From a virus (taxonomy: Duplodnaviria; Caudoviricetes), in IMG/VR virus record IMGVR_UViG_3300020016_000021, positions 1 through 41,477 of that record: 41,477 nucleotides of DNA; one strand, given 5' to 3'. Shown in pieces: positions 24,310 through 32,271 of this stretch (within the stretch, counting starts at the first letter, position 1; every line of letters starts with the position of its first letter). A program made the position numbers and the translations under genes. The notes beneath the pieces were generated by a model. It was not told the DNA's origin and searched no databases. It worked only from the letters and a program-made list of their open reading frames with translations.

Positions 24310-24320
24310 GAATCACATCC

Positions 24321-24992
24321 TTACGTGAGCTGCACGACGGGGCAGGGGCCCTGGTCAGTGCCGTCCGGTGTACCGAGTGTCGCAGGCAGCGCCCCGGTGA
24401 TCCCATCGTAGAAGTAAGCGTTCGTGTTGGCCGCGATGGTGGGGGAGGTGTCCGAGACGATCGGGTCCCACGCCGAGCGGCTCGACACCGACAAGGTGCC
24501 CCCGGCGAACTGGCGGACGACTACCAGGTAGTGCAGTACGGGGCGCACGCGCGTGTTCAGGCCTGTGATGGACCTGATGCCGGTGCTGGCCGATGTCACC
24601 GTGCCGTAGTCGGCGAGCAGGTTCGTGGGCAGTACGCCGTCCGAGGACGTGTAGATCCCGTAGCGCAGCAGGCTGCTCGCAAGGGCGGTGGTGACGTTGG
24701 TTGCGACCCCGGTCAGGGTGCAGATGCGCCCGGGCCAGAAGGGCATGCAGAACAGGCGGGCGTCGGGGATGTTGATGGCGGCCGCGTTGCCGTAGCCCCA
24801 GTTGTGCCAGGCGGTGGGCCGGATGACGGGCACGTTGCCCTCAGGGCCGACGGTGAGGGCCAGACCGGCGCTGCCGTCCGAGCCCCGGAAGGAGCCCAGG
24901 TCGCTGCGAAACCACATGTCTCCCGCGCCCGGGCTCGCGGGCGTGGTGGTGAGGCTGAGGAGACGCGCCAGGGACGCGAATCGGCGTGGCAT
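24321..24992 (-). CDS. Virion-associated beta-rich protein (fibre-tip-like)
   Basis: PASPGAGDMWFRSD fibre-like motif; paralog of 17303-17914. Confidence 0.6.
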   Translation of the reverse strand: MPRRFASLARLLSLTTTPASPGAGDMWFRSDLGSFRGSDGSAGLALTVGPEGNVPVIRPTAWHNWGYGNAAAINIPDARLFCMPFWPGRICTLTGVATNVTTALASSLLRYGIYTSSDGVLPTNLLADYGTVTSASTGIRSITGLNTRVRPVLHYLVVVRQFAGGTLSVSSRSAWDPIVSDTSPTIAANTNAYFYDGITGALPATLGTPDGTDQGPCPVVQLT

Positions 24993-25336
24993 CAGCGCAC
25001 CGGGAGAACCGCGACGCGGTACGTGTTCAGGGCAGGGACGAACCCGAACGTGACGCTCAGGCTGTTCACGCCGATGGACGCGTCCTCCACCAGGACGCCC
25101 GCGCCCGTGGCGATCTCCGCCACGCGGATCACGTAGTCGTCCTTGTTGGCCAGGGCCAGGTTGTGCGTGATCGTGAACGTACTGTTGGTGCCGTCGCCGA
25201 TGGTGGTGGTGAAGCCGTCCGCGAAGGCTGTGAGCTGCGAGAGGTTCACCGCGTCGGTCGGATTGGTGCCCGCAGCCAACTCGGTGATCTTGTTGGCGTT
25301 CATGTCGATCTGCTGACCGAACTGGATGCCAGCCAT
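24992..25336 (-). CDS. Virion fibre-like protein
   Basis: IDMNANKITELAAGTNPTDAVNLSQL (YadA-stalk-like), IGDG..FTITHNL. Confidence 0.65.
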   Translation of the reverse strand: MAGIQFGQQIDMNANKITELAAGTNPTDAVNLSQLTAFADGFTTTIGDGTNSTFTITHNLALANKDDYVIRVAEIATGAGVLVEDASIGVNSLSVTFGFVPALNTYRVAVLPVR

Positions 25337-25339
25337 GGC

Positions 25340-25807
25340 CTACCTCCTCAGGTACGCGGTGCCAGCCACAGGCACGCTGAATGTGATCGTCAGGTTGTCC
25401 GCGTCCACGTAGTCCACCTCACCGAACAGCTGGTTGTTGACAGTGTCCAGGACATCGACTATCGGGAACGCATTCAGCTCATGGGCGATCGTCCAGACTG
25501 CGGCCGGAGCACTTTGAACCCACCGGAACGATGCAGGCCAGACATGCGTCAGATCCGGGTCGAGATCCACGATCAGCCCGAAGCTCTGGCCGTTGATGTG
25601 GAGCCAGTAGTCCCCGGTGTCCACGTAGAACGAGACGACCCCGCCTGCGCCCGTGACACCCGGGTTGGGAAGCGGGATCGTCCCGGCCTGATCCTGGAAC
25701 AGCGGTGCGTGGACGTTCGAGAGCCGGGGAAAGACGTGGTAGGCCACCCCGACCGCGAACGTCTCATCGGGGTACCAGTACGACTCGGTGTACTGCGCGA
25801 GCGCCAC
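25340..25807 (-). CDS. Virion fibre-associated protein
   Basis: QSAPAAVWTIAHEL..P.V.V.D and LTITFS.P.AG.AYL motifs. Confidence 0.65.
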   Translation of the reverse strand: MALAQYTESYWYPDETFAVGVAYHVFPRLSNVHAPLFQDQAGTIPLPNPGVTGAGGVVSFYVDTGDYWLHINGQSFGLIVDLDPDLTHVWPASFRWVQSAPAAVWTIAHELNAFPIVDVLDTVNNQLFGEVDYVDADNLTITFSVPVAGTAYLRR

Positions 25808-25816
25808 GCCTGCTCC

Positions 25817-25996
25817 TTACGGCACTTGCAGGAAGGTGTCCACCAGCGTGGCATTGAGCCAGACGGTTCCGTCAAGGCAGATGCGCACGTACGTTCCCCC
25901 ACTCTGGGAGATCAGGTGGTCGAAGACCCCCGGATCCTGAGCTGTCAGCGTCTCCCAGTCAGCGACGGTCTTCCAGTCACAATCGATGGACGGCAT
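25817..25996 (-). CDS. 59-aa hypothetical protein (MPSIDCDWK...)
   Basis: AAGGAG RBS before ATG 25996. Confidence 0.6.
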   Translation of the reverse strand: MPSIDCDWKTVADWETLTAQDPGVFDHLISQSGGTYVRICLDGTVWLNATLVDTFLQVP

Positions 25997-26036
25997 GATC
26001 ACTCCTTCAATGAGGGCGGTACATGACGTCCCCGTA

Positions 26037-26068
26037 GAGGCCCGGTCGATGCGGAGCGACCGGGCCTC
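26037..26068 (-). terminator. Hairpin after the major tail gene
   Basis: 12-bp stem GAGGCCCGGTCG / CGACCGGGCCTC. Confidence 0.7.
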
Positions 26069-26078
26069 CCGTATCAGG

Positions 26079-26777
26079 CTACGGCAGCGCGACCGCGCCA
26101 CAGGCGGGCGTGGGCAGCGGGGCGGTAGAGATCTCGAAGTGCATGACCTGCGTCGGCCCGATGGGGGTCAGCAGCGCCTCGAGCGTGGCGGGGACCGTCG
26201 CGTCGCGGCGGACGTTCAGGTACGGGCCGACACCCCATCCGGAACCGATCACCGCGCGCAGCGTCCAGGTGAACGTGAGCGTCCCGTTCTCGATGGTCCA
26301 CTCGTTCCACTGAGCGTCCTTGACCCACGGGAACAGCCAGTAGCCGTACGGGGTGAACCCGCCGACCGCACAGGCCGACCCAGAGACACCGGACCAGATC
26401 TCCAGCCCGAAGTTCGCCGAGCCGTCCAGCGCCGTGTCAAGGCGGAAGCCCACCTTGTTCGGGGTCGGGGTCGCGTCGTCCAGAACGATCGGGTCACCCG
26501 TGATCAGGTTGATCATGTCGGGGTCCATGGTGCAGACGTTCAGCTCGATGTCCACCCAGCGCAGCGCAACCGGCGAGCGGTCGTCGATGCAGAGGTCACC
26601 GTTGGCATCGGCCTGGGTGATCTCCTCGGGGTCAAGGTAGTTCGGGGTGATCGTCGCCGAGATGAACGCCTTGGCCACCAGCGTGGACGCTGCGCCCGTT
26701 ACCACGTTGCCGCAGGTGTCCAGCTTGGTGATCCGGATCATCTTGCCCCGGGTCAGTGATGCGCACTTCGTTGCCAT
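26079..26777 (-). CDS. Major tail protein
   Basis: G..IRITKLD.CG, ANG.LCI, L..C..DP, FGLEIWS, YGYWLFPW, WG.GPY motifs. Confidence 0.85.
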   Translation of the reverse strand: MATKCASLTRGKMIRITKLDTCGNVVTGAASTLVAKAFISATITPNYLDPEEITQADANGDLCIDDRSPVALRWVDIELNVCTMDPDMINLITGDPIVLDDATPTPNKVGFRLDTALDGSANFGLEIWSGVSGSACAVGGFTPYGYWLFPWVKDAQWNEWTIENGTLTFTWTLRAVIGSGWGVGPYLNVRRDATVPATLEALLTPIGPTQVMHFEISTAPLPTPACGAVALP

Positions 26778-27007
26778 TACTCGTCACCTTCCTTCTTGGT
26801 GCGGCGCCGGGGCTTGGCCTCGGGCGGGTCGAACGGGTCGCCCTCGGGGGCGTTGTAGAGGTCAGCCAGGTAGGGAGGCACCCGGAACTCGCTCCCGCCT
26901 GCGCTCGTGCGCACGTCGTGCGGGGAGCGCGCGAGCGCGAGGAGCTGCCGCGCGGTCGCGGCAATATCCTCGCGGGCGGGAACCACGGTGGTCCAGTCGT
27001 CGATCAC
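26777..27007 (-). CDS. Small virion-associated protein
   Basis: GTG 27007; ARQLLALA..P.DVRT....FRVP; basic tail. Confidence 0.65.
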   Translation of the reverse strand: MIDDWTTVVPAREDIAATARQLLALARSPHDVRTSAGGSEFRVPPYLADLYNAPEGDPFDPPEAKPRRRTKKEGDE

Positions 27008-27873
27008 TACGGCACCGCCGGTGCGGTCGTGGTAGCGGGAGCGGCCACGGGAATCTGAACGGCGAACACGTTGGGGCAGTCCCACGTCGCCGCGAAGACC
27101 TCCTCGGCCACTACGTCCCACTGGTTCAGAGTGCGGTCCAGGGTCTGGCGCGGGTCGGGCTGCGGCAGGACGCCGGATCGCCACACCGTAGTCGGGCCGG
27201 TCATGAACGCCCAGGCGAACCCGGCGGCCGGAGCGACATCGGCAGGCCCCGTGAGCCCATACCCGGCGCCGAAGCTCCAGACGGTGCCCAGGGGGGTCTT
27301 CAGGACGCCTGCGTTGCCCGTGGATTCGACCAGATCCGCGTACGCCGCAGCCGCGTAGGCGGTCGTGTTGACGTGGATCGTGCCGACGTACCCGTTGGCG
27401 CTGTAGAAGGCTTCCTCGAGCGCTGCGATGGCCGTTCCGGCACCGGGGGCCACCGGGGTCACGATCGTGGCTCCAGCGCCCGTCAGGGTGGGGTCGGCAG
27501 CCGCGAGACCGCCTCCGTCCCACAGCACCGACTCGACTACCGTCTGCGCGCCCGTGTACAGCTGCTGACGGGCCGCGTCCAGCATCTCGGTAGGGGTGCG
27601 GCCGACCGAGCCGCAGCGCTTGCGCGCGATGACCCAGAAGGGGTCGGCCCCCATGATCTCCGAGCCTTCGGTGATCGGCTTGACCGGGTTGGCCGCGCAG
27701 GTCTGGTCGTACGTCACCGCAGGCTCGCAGTGATCGACGATGAACTGCAGGCCCGAGCCGATGATGCGCGTGTCCATCTGCGGCATCGCGGCTGCCGCCC
27801 GGAACAGGCCGTAACGCAGCGCAGCCGGTTGCGGTGACGCGATCAGCTGACGGTTAGTGATGATCTTTCCCAT
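27007..27873 (-). CDS. Second capsid protein (major capsid pentamer-type)
   Basis: P...RYGLF.AA, DPF.V....C, AIAALE, TPLGT.W.FGAGY, D...NQ..V.AE motifs; follows the large capsid gene. Confidence 0.7.
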   Translation of the reverse strand: MGKIITNRQLIASPQPAALRYGLFRAAAAMPQMDTRIIGSGLQFIVDHCEPAVTYDQTCAANPVKPITEGSEIMGADPFWVIARKRCGSVGRTPTEMLDAARQQLYTGAQTVVESVLWDGGGLAAADPTLTGAGATIVTPVAPGAGTAIAALEEAFYSANGYVGTIHVNTTAYAAAAYADLVESTGNAGVLKTPLGTVWSFGAGYGLTGPADVAPAAGFAWAFMTGPTTVWRSGVLPQPDPRQTLDRTLNQWDVVAEEVFAATWDCPNVFAVQIPVAAPATTTAPAVP

Positions 27874-27895
27874 AGTCCCTCCCTTCGGTCTGAGG

Positions 27896-27933
27896 GCCCC
27901 GGCCCGCCACAGGGACGACGAGCGGGCCGGGGC
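27896..27933 (-). terminator. Hairpin between the two capsid genes
   Basis: 12-bp stem GCCCCGGCCCGC / GCGGGCCGGGGC. Confidence 0.7.
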
Positions 27934-27949
27934 TGTTCAGGGGAGGGTG

Positions 27950-29701
27950 CTACGGGGTCTCGTCGAAGCAGTTGATGCTGTTCGAACCGGTGATGCCGCC
28001 GACGCAACCGGCCACCGTGTACAGGCGCTGGCCCGGGCACGGGAAGAGCGGCGCGTAGCCCTCCTCGGCGAACAGGCTCGTGTACTGGTTCGTCGCCAGG
28101 CTGGCAGCGTCGTACACGTTGGTCAGCGTGACCACGTCCTGACGGGCCAGCACGACCGAGCCCGCAGGCCAGGCCAGGAAGTCGACCGAGGTCGGCAGCG
28201 CGGTCATGAACGGAGTCGCCGCGTCGCCGCCGGGGAAGCCAGCCGCGAGCGCACCGCCGGTGATCAGACCGTCCTGCCAGCCGCGCACGAACTGAACGCG
28301 CGCGCCGCGCAGGCTGAACATGCTCGCGATCTCCGCGTCCGAGACGCTGAGCAGGTTGACGCCGTTGCGGCGGGAGAGGTCCGCGCGGATCTGAGCGAGC
28401 ACCCAGAAGGGCAGCACGACTTCGATGGTGGAGTTGCGCGGCAGCATGAACCGGTACATCAGGTCTTCGCGCGCGAGCTCGACAGCCGCGAGCACGGAGC
28501 TCGTGAACGAGTCGCCCGGTCCGCCCGCCGGGTCGGGGTCGGGGTGCGTGAAGACAGTCGCGGCCCCGGCGCGCGTGAGGATCTGCGCGATGATGTTGCG
28601 GTTGATCTCCTGCTCGTGGGAGGCGAGGAGACCGTCGGTCCAGGCGTTGACGACTTCGGGGTAGCCCGCCGCCTGCAGGAAGCTCACGCGGATGCAGAGC
28701 GCGCCCACGTCCAGGCGCCGGTCTTCGAAGGTCGGGCAGGGGATCACGGAGCAGGTCTTGGCCGTGTCGGCGATGACCTGGGCCTCGGTGAGGAGGTTGG
28801 AGCCGCCCCCGGCCGCGACCGCGTTGGCGTAGATCGTCGGGAAGTCGGGGTCGTCGGTGTAGTTGATGCCGCCGCGCGTCGCCGTGACCGTGGGGAGGTC
28901 CAGGATGCCGACGCCCGCAGCCCAGTTGGTGCACAGGTCGTAGTCGTTCATGGACGGGGCGCACCAGCCAGCTGCGGCCGTGAGGCTTCCGCCCCTCTCG
29001 ATACCGCGCATCCATGTGTCACGCAGCGTGCCGCCGGAGAGGTTGAACTCGTTGCGCGCCTTGCGGATCTTGCGCATCGTCTCGTTGCCCGAGTCACGCG
29101 GGTCGATGACCAGGTCGGCATCGCGGGTGCGGGTGAACTGCGCCATGCCGTAGCGGCCCGACCCCTGCGCACCGAGCATCTGACCCGAGCGGATCATGGC
29201 CTCGGAGATCTCGGTGAGGCCGGAGAACTCGGTGCCTACGCCGCGCTGGAGCAGGGAGGCGGTGTGCGGGGCGAGGGTGGCACGGATGCCGGTCTGCGCC
29301 ACAGAGCCCGCAGGCGGAGTCACAGGGGCCTGGGAGGCCATCTGGGACACCGAGGGGACCTGGACGGCTGCAGGGACCTCAGAGGGGGCCTCGGGGGCCG
29401 CCACGGGGGCAACGGGCTGCGCAGCCGGGATCGTGGGGAGGTCGCCGAGGCTGGCGAAGACGTCGCGCTGAGACTGCTGGGCGTTGGCGCGGTCGATGCG
29501 CGCCTGCTGCTCCGCCTGCACGAGCGGTGCGCGCTCAGCGAGGACTGCGAGCTCCTCGGCCTCACCTGCAGCGAACTCAGCCCTGCCTGCGAGCTCACGG
29601 CCGCGCTCGGCGATGCGGGCGAACTCAGCGGCAAGGGCTGCGTCGTCCAGGGCGGCGGGGTTGAAGACCTCGGGGGTCTCGGGGGTGATGTCGTCTGCCA
29701 T
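27950..29701 (-). CDS. Major capsid (hexamer-type) protein with N-terminal scaffold/delta domain
   Basis: Coiled-coil and PA-rich N-terminus, then SLTAAAGWCAPS..YD.C, LPTV...RGG, GYPE, LEVVLP.W-like, YDAASL..NQYT.LF.EEG. Confidence 0.88.
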   Translation of the reverse strand: MADDITPETPEVFNPAALDDAALAAEFARIAERGRELAGRAEFAAGEAEELAVLAERAPLVQAEQQARIDRANAQQSQRDVFASLGDLPTIPAAQPVAPVAAPEAPSEVPAAVQVPSVSQMASQAPVTPPAGSVAQTGIRATLAPHTASLLQRGVGTEFSGLTEISEAMIRSGQMLGAQGSGRYGMAQFTRTRDADLVIDPRDSGNETMRKIRKARNEFNLSGGTLRDTWMRGIERGGSLTAAAGWCAPSMNDYDLCTNWAAGVGILDLPTVTATRGGINYTDDPDFPTIYANAVAAGGGSNLLTEAQVIADTAKTCSVIPCPTFEDRRLDVGALCIRVSFLQAAGYPEVVNAWTDGLLASHEQEINRNIIAQILTRAGAATVFTHPDPDPAGGPGDSFTSSVLAAVELAREDLMYRFMLPRNSTIEVVLPFWVLAQIRADLSRRNGVNLLSVSDAEIASMFSLRGARVQFVRGWQDGLITGGALAAGFPGGDAATPFMTALPTSVDFLAWPAGSVVLARQDVVTLTNVYDAASLATNQYTSLFAEEGYAPLFPCPGQRLYTVAGCVGGITGSNSINCFDETP

Positions 29702-29857
29702 GGGACTGCTCCTCTCGAACGGCAGGGACGGGTGCGTTCACGTCGCCTGCGGTCCGGCTCACAGCTCAGCAACCACGGCTGATCACAGGGTACGACATCG
29801 GTCAACCCTCACTCTCCGTGAACAGTGCAGAGAGTGACGGGGTAGCAACAGGCAGTG

Positions 29858-29948
29858 CCTAGACGGGTAAGACAGCTACTTCGGTTAAACGCCCCTCGTG
29901 TAGAGAGCACTATGGCGTTAACCGGGATAGCTGTCTTACCCGTCTAGG
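29858..29948. repeat. Long inverted-repeat element B (second copy of 4682-4774)
   Basis: 21-bp perfect arms CCTAGACGGGTAAGACAGCTA identical to element A, inner CGGTTAA / TTAACCG. Confidence 0.9.
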
Positions 29949-29973
29949 AGCCGTCTAAATGCAGGTCAGACAG

Positions 29974-30135
29974 CTACCCGGACTTAGGCACCGAGCGGTA
30001 GGTTCCGCCCTTGGCGCTCTTGGCGAGCTGCATTCGGACCTCTGCGAGGCTACCCACAGTGACCTGAGACCCGTCGTGCTTGAACGTCACCACGTAGTCG
30101 ACGTTCTGTTTCTTGCCCCCGCAGTTGCAACCCAT
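29974..30135 (-). CDS. Small MGCNCG-motif protein
   Basis: MGCNCGGKK..., GGAG RBS; lies between protease and capsid genes. Confidence 0.7.
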   Translation of the reverse strand: MGCNCGGKKQNVDYVVTFKHDGSQVTVGSLAEVRMQLAKSAKGGTYRSVPKSG

Positions 30136-30140
30136 CGTGA

Positions 30141-31301
30141 TCAGACTCCATCCCTGTTCGCCCACGCCCACCGGGCCCGGGCCACCTCTTCCAGCGGCCG
30201 CACCATGCTGACCGTCGGGTCGATCTCGTACTCACCCTTGACCGGCTGCGTGCCAGCTGCGATCAGCGTCCGCTGAGCCCCCTCGGTACCCGCCTGGGAA
30301 GCGAAGGCCACCCGCGCCCTCGGAACGGGGAAGCCCGGGGTATTGACAGAGCACACCGCGACCAGTTCCAGACTGCCGCCGACACGACGCCAGTCACCGG
30401 ATACCGGGCTGGCCATAAAGATATCCACAGCCTGTGGATAAGCCGAGGGCAGCACCCAGCCCGCTACCCAGATGCCGAACTCGTCTTCTCCGGCCACCAC
30501 GCGCGCCACAGCCGCAGCAGGGTCGTCATAGTGCTGCTGAGCGGCCTGGAAGGCCAGCTGCGGGTCCGCATGCCGGGGACCGGCCACGAGCGTCCCCACG
30601 GGCAGCACAGCGCCTTCGGCGGTCATCTGCTCGGCGACGTGGAAGTAGGCGTAGCCCGAGGCGCTGAACGGCGGTGTGACGCAGCCCGGGAGCCCCACGT
30701 GGCAGGTGGACCATCCGGCGATGTGACCGAACACGCGGCCCGTGTCGCTGACCGTGATGGGGGTCAGCTGGTCAAGGTCGGGCCGCTCGAACCAGGCCTC
30801 GGGAGGCAGGGGCGCAGGGGCGGCCGACGCGTACATCCATTCCGGCGCCGGGATGGCCACGCCTTCCTGTCCCGCGTCTACGGGGCTGACCGGCAGGGGG
30901 TCCAGGGTTACGTTGACGCCCTCGAAGGCCGGGATGGCCACCAGAGTCGCGCCTGCGATGCGCCACGAGGTGATGACCACCGTGCCGTCCTCGGCCATCT
31001 GGTATTCGACGTCGTCCAGGTCGACGGAGGGGCCGATGACCCCGGCCTCGAGCAGCTCGATGACATCGGTGCCGTAGGCCGCATCGAGCAGGCTTCCGGC
31101 GGCCGTGACCATGCCGTCACCGATGGTGAGCTGCTCGATGCGCGCCACCACCACGCTGCCGCCGTGGCCGTCGCCGGACGCGGCCTGGTAGAGGAGGGGC
31201 AGGGGCAGGTCGCGCGAGGAGCCCCCGCCGGGCGCGATGATGCGCTTATCGCCGGTCGGCACCCCGAGACGTGCGAGCACGCCGGACCACGTACGGCTCA
31301 C
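30141..31301 (-). CDS. Capsid maturation protease-like protein
   Basis: G.PTGDKR, LPLPL, GPSVDLD, IAGATLVAIPAF, GRVFGHIA.W..CH, SGDWR, VNTPGFP motifs; synteny. Confidence 0.75.
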   Translation of the reverse strand: MSRTWSGVLARLGVPTGDKRIIAPGGGSSRDLPLPLLYQAASGDGHGGSVVVARIEQLTIGDGMVTAAGSLLDAAYGTDVIELLEAGVIGPSVDLDDVEYQMAEDGTVVITSWRIAGATLVAIPAFEGVNVTLDPLPVSPVDAGQEGVAIPAPEWMYASAAPAPLPPEAWFERPDLDQLTPITVSDTGRVFGHIAGWSTCHVGLPGCVTPPFSASGYAYFHVAEQMTAEGAVLPVGTLVAGPRHADPQLAFQAAQQHYDDPAAAVARVVAGEDEFGIWVAGWVLPSAYPQAVDIFMASPVSGDWRRVGGSLELVAVCSVNTPGFPVPRARVAFASQAGTEGAQRTLIAAGTQPVKGEYEIDPTVSMVRPLEEVARARWAWANRDGV

Positions 31302-31468
31302 GGTCCCTCCTCGAGTGCGGTCAGGCGGTCCATGTTGAGCAGCAGCATCACGAACAGTGACTCGGGGGTCACCTGAATGAGCCCGTCCAACATGAGCTGC
31401 AGCATGGCTTCGGCGGACGGGGGCAGCTCGGGCATGCCGTTGGCGATACGCCATTCGTCAGGGGTCAT
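31298..31468 (-). CDS. 56-aa hypothetical protein
   Basis: ATGA and GTGA overlaps on both sides. Confidence 0.6.
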   Translation of the reverse strand: MTPDEWRIANGMPELPPSAEAMLQLMLDGLIQVTPESLFVMLLLNMDRLTALEEGP

Positions 31469-32271
31469 GACGTCCCTCTCGCGTTCTGTCGGTCGGTCCA
31501 ATCGATGGTCTCACCCAGCACTACGGGCAGCATCGAGCAGCGGCAGTTGATCACTTCCTGCGCAGGGCCGCGCGGGTCGCCCGGGAAGAGCAGGCGCGCG
31601 CCGCCGACCACGAAGGGTTCGGAGAGCAGCGTGCGCTGCTGGTCGGCCGCGACATGGGTGGGGCGGGTGCGCATGTCCTCGGTCGACAGCCACTGCTTGA
31701 ACGGGGCCACGTCCCCCCGCTGCTCGGCTTCGATCTGCGCGCCCCGGTAGATGCCTGCGTTGACTGCGCCCATGGTTTCGGTGCGGGCAACGGTCATGGC
31801 TCTGTTCTTCCAGTACGGGGTGCCGGTGGAAGTGAGGATGACCTGGATTTCGTCACGCACACGGTCCAGGGAGTGACCCTCGGTGATACCTCGTTCAGCC
31901 TCACGCACCACGAGGGCGTATACCTCATCGGGGGTGTTGCTCATGCGGTTCCCGGCCGCGTTCAGATAGGTGGAGACGTACGGGTCGGTCGGCGGGTCCC
32001 CGGCGGCCGTGACACGGCGCCAGGCGGCCCCCAGGACCCCTTCGACCTCGGGGAGGATCTCGTTGTCGACCTGGCTGGTCCAGTAGCCCGCGTGGTCGCT
32101 GACGCGACTGGCGTCAACGCCCCCGTCGCGCAGGACGGCCGGGCGCACGCGGTCCAGGAAGCGGGTCACGCTGCCGAACCAGCTGCGGGCGATGCGCTGC
32201 TCGCCCTCCCGGATGAACGTCTGCGCGCGCAGGCGCTGCGGCAGGTGCGGGTCCTCACCCAGGTCAGCCAC
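31465..32271 (-). CDS. MuF-like (SPP1 gp7) minor head protein
   Basis: RA..VARTE, KQWLST.D.RTRPTH, FPGDP.GP..EVINCRC. Confidence 0.9.
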   Translation of the reverse strand: MADLGEDPHLPQRLRAQTFIREGEQRIARSWFGSVTRFLDRVRPAVLRDGGVDASRVSDHAGYWTSQVDNEILPEVEGVLGAAWRRVTAAGDPPTDPYVSTYLNAAGNRMSNTPDEVYALVVREAERGITEGHSLDRVRDEIQVILTSTGTPYWKNRAMTVARTETMGAVNAGIYRGAQIEAEQRGDVAPFKQWLSTEDMRTRPTHVAADQQRTLLSEPFVVGGARLLFPGDPRGPAQEVINCRCSMLPVVLGETIDWTDRQNARGTS

